From: Candidatus Ruthturnera sp. Tsphm01 | GTDB lineage: Bacteria > Pseudomonadota > Gammaproteobacteria > PS1 > Pseudothioglobaceae | Direction: 5' to 3' | NCBI GenBank assembly: GCA_030142985.1 | Contig: CP125320.1 | Location: 3,639 to 67,638, forward strand | Length of the DNA: 64,000 nt | Shown: in pieces, positions 15,001 to 24,000 of the stretch | Layout: the number at the start of each line of letters is the position of its first letter | How positions within the stretch are numbered: the stretch's first letter is position 1 | The notes under the pieces: model-generated | What the model was told of the DNA's origin: nothing | What the model saw: only the letters and a program-made list of their open reading frames with translations | Database searches by the model: none | Program-made: the position numbers and the translations under genes

Positions 15001-18000
15001 TTGCAACTATAACAATCACCACAGATTTAATTGCACCAACAACCCCAAGCGTTGATAGTCTAACAACTAATGATTTAACCCCAACTATAACAGGTACAGC
15101 CACACTGACTGATGGTGAAACCTTAAGCGTAAGTGTTAATGGTGCAATCTATGACAATGTAGAAGTGACAGGCAATGCTTGGTCAATTGACACAGAAACA
15201 AAAACACCTTCATCAGGAGTATTGGGAGCATTTGTAGATGGACAAAGCTATAACATTATTGCAATTGCAACAGACGCAGCTGGTAATAGTGCAAGAGATA
15301 ACTCAATCAATGAGTTGACTATTGATAATACAGCCTCAAACGCTCCAACCATTGACTCAGTCTCAGATGATGACCTTATCAATGCAGCTGAGAACGCAGC
15401 AGGTTTTGATCTAACTGGTACAGGTGAAGCTGGTAATACTATTATTGTTTCAGGATTTGAAGCTGGTGTGGCTGACAAAACAACAAGCGTTGCTGCAGAT
15501 GGCACTTGGTTAATTGCAATTGTTGATGCAGATTTGGCTGATAATGGCTCAAATACTTTAACAGCAACACAAACAGACTCAGTAGGCAACACAAGCCCTG
15601 CTGCAACTAGAACAATCACCACAGATTTAATTGCACCAACAGCCCCAAGCGTTGATAGTTTAATAGTTAATGGCCTAAGCCTCCCAACTATAACTGGTTT
15701 TGCCACACTCGCTGATGGTGAAACCTTAAGCGTGAGTGTTAATGGCGCAAACTATAACAATGTGCAGGTGATAGGCAATACTTGGATACTTTATACGCAT
15801 TCAACAAAACCCTCATCAGGAATGTTGGGTTTTTTTGTAGATGGACAAAGCTATGATATTGTTGCAACTGTAACAGACGCAGCTGGCAATAGTGCAAGCG
15901 ATAATACAACCAATGAGTTGACTATTGATAGCACAGCCTCAGACGTCCCAGACACACCAAACGCTCCAACCATTAGCTCAGTCTCAGGTGATAACCTTAT
16001 CAATGCAGCTGAGAACGCAGCAGGTTTTGATTTAACTGGTACAGGTGAAGCTGGTAATACTATTATTGTTTCAGGATTTGAAGCTGGTGTGGCTGACAAA
16101 ACAACAACCGTTGCTGCAGATGGCACCTGGTCAATTACAATTGTTGATGCAGATTTGGCTGATAATGGCTCAAATACTTTAACAGCGGTACAAGTAAACT
16201 CAGAAGGCATCCCAAGCCCTCTTGCAACTATAACAATCACCACAGATTTAATTGCACCAACAGCCCCAAGCGTTGATAGTCTAACAACTAATGATTTAAC
16301 CCCAACTATAACAGGTAGAGCTACACTGACTGATGGTGAAACCTTAAGCGTAATTGTTAATGGTGCAATCTATGACAATGTAGAGGTGATAGGCAATGCT
16401 TGGTCAATTGACACAGAAACAAAAACACCTTCATCAGGAGTATTGGAAGCATTTGTAGATGGACAAAGTTATAACATTGTTGCAATTGCAACAGACGCAG
16501 CTGGTAATAGTGCAAGAGATAACTCAAACAATGAGTTGACTATTGATAATACAGCCTCAAACGCTCCAACCATTGACTCAGTCTCAGATGATGACCTTAT
16601 CAATGCAGCTGAGAACGCAGCAGGTTTTAATCTAACTGGTACAGGTGAAGTTGGTGATTTTATTACTGTTTCAGGATTTGAAGCTGGTGTGGCTGACAAA
16701 ACAACAAGCGTTGCTGAAGATGGCACTTGGTCAATTGCAATTGTTGATACAGATTTAGCTGATAATGGCTCAAATACTTTAACAGTAACACAAACAGACC
16801 TAGCAGGCAACACAAGCCCTGCTGCAACTATAACAATCACCACAGATTTAATTGCACCAACAGCCCCAAGCGTTGATAGTCTAACAACTAATGATTTAAC
16901 CCCAACTATAACAGGTACAGCCACACTCGCTGATGGTGAAACCTTAAGCGTAAGTGTTAATGGTGCAATCTATGACAATGTAGAGGTGATAGGCAATGCT
17001 TGGTCAATTGACACAGAAACAAAAACACCTTCATCAGGAGCATTGGGAGCATTTGTAGATGGACAAAGCTATGATATTGTTGCAACCGTAACAGACGTAG
17101 CTGGCAATAGTGCAAGCGATGACTCAATCAATGAGTTGACTATTGATAATACAGCCTCAAACGCTCCAACCATTGACTCAGTCTCAGATGATGACCTTAT
17201 CAATGCAGAAGAGAACGCAGCAGGTTTTAATCTAACTGGTACAGGTGAAGTTGGTGATTTTATTACTGTTTCAGGATTTGAAGCTGGTGTGGCTGACAAA
17301 ACAACAAGCGTTGCTGAAGATGGCACTTGGTCAATTGCAATTGTTGATACAGATTTAGCTGATAATGGCTCAAATACTTTAACAGTAACACAAACAGACC
17401 TAGCAGGCAACACAAGCCCTGCTGCAACTATAACAATCACCACAGATTTAATTGCACCAACAGCCCCAAGCGTTGATAGTCTAACAACTAATGATTTAAC
17501 CCCAACTATAACAGGTACAGCCACACTCGCTGATGGTGAAACCTTAAGCGTAATTGTTAATGGTGCAATCTATGACAATGTAGAGGTGATAGGCAATGCT
17601 TGGTCAATTGACACAGAAACAAAAACACCTTCATCAGGAGCATTGGGAGCATTTGTAGATGGACAAAACTATGATATTGTTGCAACCGTAACAGACGTAG
17701 CTGGCAATAGTGCAAGCGATGACTCAATCAATGAGTTGACTATTGATAATACAGCCTCAAACGCTCCAAGCGTTGATAGTCTAACAACTAATGATTTAAC
17801 CCCAACTATAACAGGTACAGCCACACTCGCTGATGGTGAAATCTTAAGCGTAATTGTTAATGGTGCAATCTATGACAATGTAGAGGTGATAGGCAATGCT
17901 TGGTCAATTGACACAGAAACAAAAACACCTTCATCAGGAGCATTGGGAGCATTTGTAGATGGACAAAACTATGATATTGTTGCAACCGTAACAGACGCAG

Positions 18001-21000
18001 CTGGCAATAGCATAAGCGATAACTCAAACAATGAGTTGACTATTGATACTACAGCCCCAGGCGCTCCAACCATCAACACAGTATCAAATGATAACCTTAT
18101 TAATGCAGCTGAGAACGCAGCAGGTTTTAATCTAACTGGTACAGGTGAAGTTGGTGATTTTATTACTGTTTCAGGATTTGAAGCTGGTGTGGCTGACAAA
18201 ACAACAAGCGTTGCTGAAGATGGCACTTGGTCAATTGCAATTGTTGATACAGATTTAGCTGATAATGGCTCAAATACTTTAACAGTAACACAAACAGACC
18301 TAGCAGGCAACACAAGCCCTGCTGCAACTAGAACAATCACCACAGATTTAATTGCACCAACAACCCCAAGCGTTGATAGTCTAACAACTAATGATTTAAC
18401 CCCAACTATAACAGGTACAGCCACACTAACTAATGGTGAAACTTTAAGCGTAAGTGTTAATGGCGCAAGCTATAACAATGTGCAGGTGATAAACAATGTT
18501 TGGTCAATTGACACAGGAGCAAAAACACCTTCATCAGGAACATTAGGAGCTTTTGTAGATGGACAAAGCTATGACATTGTTGCAACTGCAACAGACGTAG
18601 CTGGTAATAGTGCAAGCGATGACCCAATCAATGAGTTGACTATTGATAGTGCAGTCCCATTAGTTGCATCAGTGACAATTTCAGGCTTAGACAGTTTAAA
18701 TAATGAAAAAACAACTAAATTAAGATTGGGTGATAAGGTTAAAGTTTCTATCCAGATGAGTGAAGATGTTAGCGTAGATACTACAGGTGGCTCTCCAACA
18801 TATACAATTAATGTTGATAATGTATATAAACAAGCAACTTATGATGCTGATTTATCAAGTGCAAATACTTTGGTATTTACTTATACAACAGAAGAAGGTA
18901 TTGATGATACTTCAGGTGGTATTACAGCAGATGCAAATATGCTAAACTTTAATGGTGGAACAATACAAGATTTAGTAGGCAATGCTATTTCTTTATCTCA
19001 AGTTGCAATGCCAGTGGCAAATGATAATTTACCAGATGGTATAACTGTTATAGCTTCTGGAGAAGCAGAAGAAAATCACCTAGCATCAAATCTTATAGAT
19101 GGTATTGTCGATTACTCTAATGCTGAGTTGGAAAGGTACTTAGGCATTGGAGATAAAGCAGTAACACTAGCTTATAGCGAACAACTTCAGGCAAACGGCG
19201 TTCGTATCTATTGGGATGCTGAAGCATGGCAAGCAACTCCAAGAAAGCCAACCGCATTTGATGTTAAGATTTATACAAATAGTGGCGACTCAGAAGCAAC
19301 AGAGACGATTGCTTTTACTTCTTTGAATTGGGTTGAGAATAGCGCTTTAGGGTCTGGGGTTTATTATGCTGATTTAGATTTTTCAGGGGATAAAACCTTT
19401 GGCAAATTAGATTTGATTGGTAGTTCTGAAGATGTTAGTAAAATTTACTATCATGAAGTTCGATTATTAATAAATAAAAATGTTGTGCTTACATCAGAAG
19501 TTGCTATAAGTGATAATCTGGTTTCTATTGATGCCACAGTTCCAGACGCTCCAACCATTGATAGTTTAATAGTCAATAGCCTAATAGCCCCAACCATAAC
19601 AGGTACAGCCACACTCGCTGATGATGAAACCCTAAGCGTGAGTGTTAATGGCGCAAGCTATAACAATGTAGAGGTGACAGACAATACTTGGTCAATTAAC
19701 ACAGAAACAAAAACACCTTCATCAGGAATATTGGGAGCATTTGTAGATGGACAAAGCTATGACATTGTTGCAATTGCAACAGATGCAGCTGGTAATATTG
19801 CAAGAGATAACTCAAGCAATGAATTAGTTATAAACATTCTTAAGCATGTTCGTACTACTACTTTAGTTGAGCCTGATGGTAAAACTGATGGAGATGACAA
19901 CGGTCCTCAAATAGCAGCACTGGGTACAGACGGGGCATTTGTCGTCACTTGGGTTGGCATAGGCGCTAATGACAATGATCGCTCTATTTTTGTGCAGAGG
20001 TTTAAGGCTGATGGCACTAAGGATGGTGGTAGTATTGAAGTTGAGCCTTATAACCTCCTTAATGAAGATGACATCGATCCTCAAATAATATCACTGGGTA
20101 CAGATGGGGCATTTGTCGTCACTTGGGCTGGTGGTGATGGTGTTAATAGTGATACCTCTATTTTTGTGCAGAAGTTTGATGTTGATGGCGCTAAGGATGG
20201 GCTTGCTATTGAAATTGAGCCTGATGGCAGAACTAATGCACATGACCTCCGTCCTCAAATAACAGCACTAGGCACAGATGGGGCATTTGTCGTCGCTTGG
20301 GATGGCATAGGCGCTGATGACGATGATATTTCTATTTTTGTGCAGAAGTTTGATATTCATGGCAATGAGGATGGCGGTACTATTGAAATTGAACCTAGTA
20401 CTAACAATGATAAACATGACAGATACGCTCAAATAACAGCACTAGGCACAGATGGAGAGTTTGTCGTCACTTGGGTTGGTGAAGGTAATGTACACTCTGA
20501 TACCTCTATTTTTATGCAGAAGTTTAAGGCTGATGGCACTAAGAATGGTGGCACTGATGAAATTGAACCTAGTACTAACGATGCTGGAAATGACTACGAT
20601 CATCAAACAACAGCACTGGGTTCAGATGGAGCATTTGTCGTCACTTGGGCTGGTGAAAATCTTGCCAGCTCTTCTGATAGGTCTCTTTTTGTGCAGAAGT
20701 TTGATGTTGATGGCAATAAGGTTGGCGGTAGTACTGAAATTGGGGTTGATGACCAAGCTTATGGAACTGACCGCCGTCCTCAAATAATGTCACTGAGTGA
20801 ATATGGAGCATTTGTCGTCACTTGGATTGGCTTATCTAGTGACGATTCTGATACCTCTATTTATATACAGAGGTTTGATGTTGATGGCAATAAGTATGGC
20901 GGTACTGTTGAAATTGAGCCTGATGGCAGAACTAATGCAAATGACTTCACTCCTCAAATAACAGAATTGGGTGGAAAAAATGGAGCCTTTGTCGTCACTT

Positions 21001-24000
21001 GGTCTGGTTTAGGCGCTAATGACAATGATCGTTCTATTTTTATACAGAGGTTTGATGTTGATGGTCCTAGTGGGGGCACTGTTGAAATTGAGCCTGATAA
21101 CATCCCTTATGGAGATGACTTAAACCCTCAAACAGAAGCAGTGGGTGCATATGGAGAGTTTGTCGTCACTTGGAGAGGTCTAGACAATGATGGGGATACC
21201 TCTATTTTTGTGCAGAAGTTTAATGCTGATGGCACTAAGAGCGTTATTATCCTAGAGACTCCAACCATTAACTCAGTATCAAATGATAACATTATCAATG
21301 CAGAAGAGAACGCAGCAGGTTTTGATTTAACTGGTACAGGTAAATCTGGTAATATTATTACCGTTTCAGGATTTGAAGCTGGTGTGGATGACAAAAAAGC
21401 ACTCGTTGCTACAGATGGCACTTGGTCAATTGCAATTGTTGATGAAGATTTGGCTGATAATGGCTCAAACACTTTAACAGCAACACAAACAGAAACATCA
21501 GGCGTCACAAGTCCTGCTGCAACTATAACAATCACCACAGATTTAATTGCACCAAAAACCCCAAGCGTTAATAGTCTAACAACTAATGATTTAACCCCAA
21601 CTATAACAGGTACAGCCACACTGACTGATGGTGAAACCTTAAGCGTAAGTGTTAATGGCGCAAGCTATAACAATGTACAGGTGATAAACGGTACTTGGTC
21701 AATTAACACAGAAACAAAAACACCTTCATCAGGAGCATTGGAAGCATTTGTAAATGGACAAAGCTATGACATTATTGCAATTACAACAGATGTAGTTGGT
21801 AATAGTGCAAGAGATAGTTCAAACAATGAATTGACTATTGATGTCACAGCCCCAGACGCCCCAGACGTTCCAACCATTGACTCAGTCTCAGATGATGACC
21901 TTATCAATGCAGCTGAAAACGCAGCAGGTTTTGATTTAACTGGTACAGGTGAAGCTGGTAATACTATTATTGTTTCAGGATTTGAAGCTGGTGTGGATGA
22001 CAAAAAAGCACTCGTTGCTACAGATGGCACTTGGTCAATTGCAATTGTTGATGCAGATTTGGCTGATAATGGCTCAAATACTTTAATAGCAATAGAAACC
22101 TTACACAATCTCCGAAGCCCTGCTGTAACTAGAATAATCACCACAGATTTAATTGCACCAACAACCCCAGGCGTTGATAGTTTAACAATTTATAACCCAA
22201 CCCTAGCTCCAACCATAACAGGTACAGCCACACTCGCTGATGATGAAACCCTAAGCGTGAGTGTTAATGGCGCAAGCTATGACAATGTAAAGGTGACAGG
22301 CAATGCTTGGTCAATTGACACAGAAACAAAAACACCTTCATCAGGAGTATTGGGAGCATTTGTAGATGGACAAAGCTATGATATTGTTGCAACTGTAACA
22401 GACGTAGCTGGCAATAGCGTAAGCGATAGCTCAAGCAATGAATTGGTTATAAAGCATACTTATACTACTTTAGTTGAGCCTGATGGTAAAGCTGATGGAG
22501 ATGACAACGGTCCTCAAATAGCAGCACTGGGTACAGACGGGGCATTTGTCGTCACTTGGACTGGCATAGGCGCTAATGACAATGATCGCTCTATTTTTGT
22601 GCAGAGGTTTAAGGCTGATGGCACTAAGGATGGTGGTAGTATTGAAGTTGAGCCTTATAACTTCCTTAATGGAGATGACATCGATCCTCAAATAACAGCG
22701 TTGGGTACAGATGGGGCATTTGTCGTCACTTGGGTTGGTGTTAGTGTTGTTGGTGGTGATACCTCTATTTTTGTGCAGAAGTTTGATGTTGATGGCGCTA
22801 AGGATGGGCTTGCTATTGAAATTGAGCCTGATGGTAAGACTAATGGAACTGACCTCCATCCTCAAATAATAGCACTAGGCACAGATGGAGAGTTTGTCGT
22901 CGCTTGGGATGGCATAGGCGCTGATGACGATGATACCGTTATTTTTGTGCAGAAGTTTGATATTTATGGCAATGAGGATGGCGCTATTATTGAACTTGAG
23001 CCTGATATTCGCAGTTCTGGATCTGACACCGATCCTCAAATAACAGCACTAGGCACAGATGGAGAGTTTGTTGTCACTTGGATTGGCATGTCTTATCATG
23101 ATGATAGATCCGTTTTTATGCAGAAGTTTGATGCTGATGGCATTAAGATTGGTGGCACTGTTGAAATTGAGCCTGATGACCGAATTACACAACATGACCA
23201 CGATCATCAAACAGCAGCAGTGGGTACAGATGGAGCATCTGTCATCACTTGGTTTGCTCCAAGTACTGCTCGCTATGAAGAAAGATCAGACGCTATTTAT
23301 GGTATTTATGTACAGAAGCTTAAGGCTGATGGCACTAAGGATGGCGGTAGTACTGAAATTTGGCCTGATGATCAATTTTATGGAAATGGCTCCGATCCTC
23401 AAATAACAGCGTTGGGCGCAGATGAAGCATTTGTCATCACTTGGATTGGCTTATCTGATTACGGTGGTGATACCTCTATTTATATACAGAGGTTTGATGT
23501 TCATGGCAATAAGGATGGCGGCACTATTGAAATTGAGCCTGATGGTAACTCTCTTGAAAATGACTACACTCCTAAAACATTAGCATTGGGTGGAGATGGA
23601 GCCTTTGTCGTCGTTTGGTCTGGTTTCGACCTTGATGATCGTTCTATTTTTGTGCAGAGGTTTGATATTCATGGCAATAAGGATGGCGGCACTGTTAAAA
23701 TTGAGCCTGATAACAACTCTTATGGAGATGACTTAGATCCTCAAATAGAAGCACTAGGTATATATGGAGCATTTGTCGTCACTTGGAAAGGTGTAGACAC
23801 TAATGGGGATACCTCTATTTTTGTGCAGAAGTTTAATGCTGATGGCACTAAGAGCACTGCTATCAAAGACAACTCAAAAGTTCCAACCATTAACACAGTA
23901 TCAAATGATAACCTTATCAATGCAGAAGAGAACGCAGCAGGTTTTGATCTAACTGGTACAGGTGAAGTTGGTAGTACTATTACTGTTTCAGGATTTGAAG

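Larger units (their letters stand above)
1..18650 (+). repeat. Tandem coding repeat array, base period 600 bp (200 aa), about 31 units; each unit is an A-type plus a B-type ~100-aa Ig-like domain
   Basis: Sequence lines repeat at a 600-nt offset (1-600 vs 601-1200; 1741 onward). A-type consensus: [104 protein letters not shown]-type consensus: [97 protein letters not shown]. Shadow ORFs on the minus strand recur every ~600 bp. Confidence 0.92.

Noticed and set aside
1-18650. The regular 600-bp periodicity could be mistaken for a CRISPR-like or satellite array
   Set aside because: The repeats are contiguous with no unique spacers, far longer than CRISPR repeats, and maintain one open reading frame. 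This is a protein-domain array.
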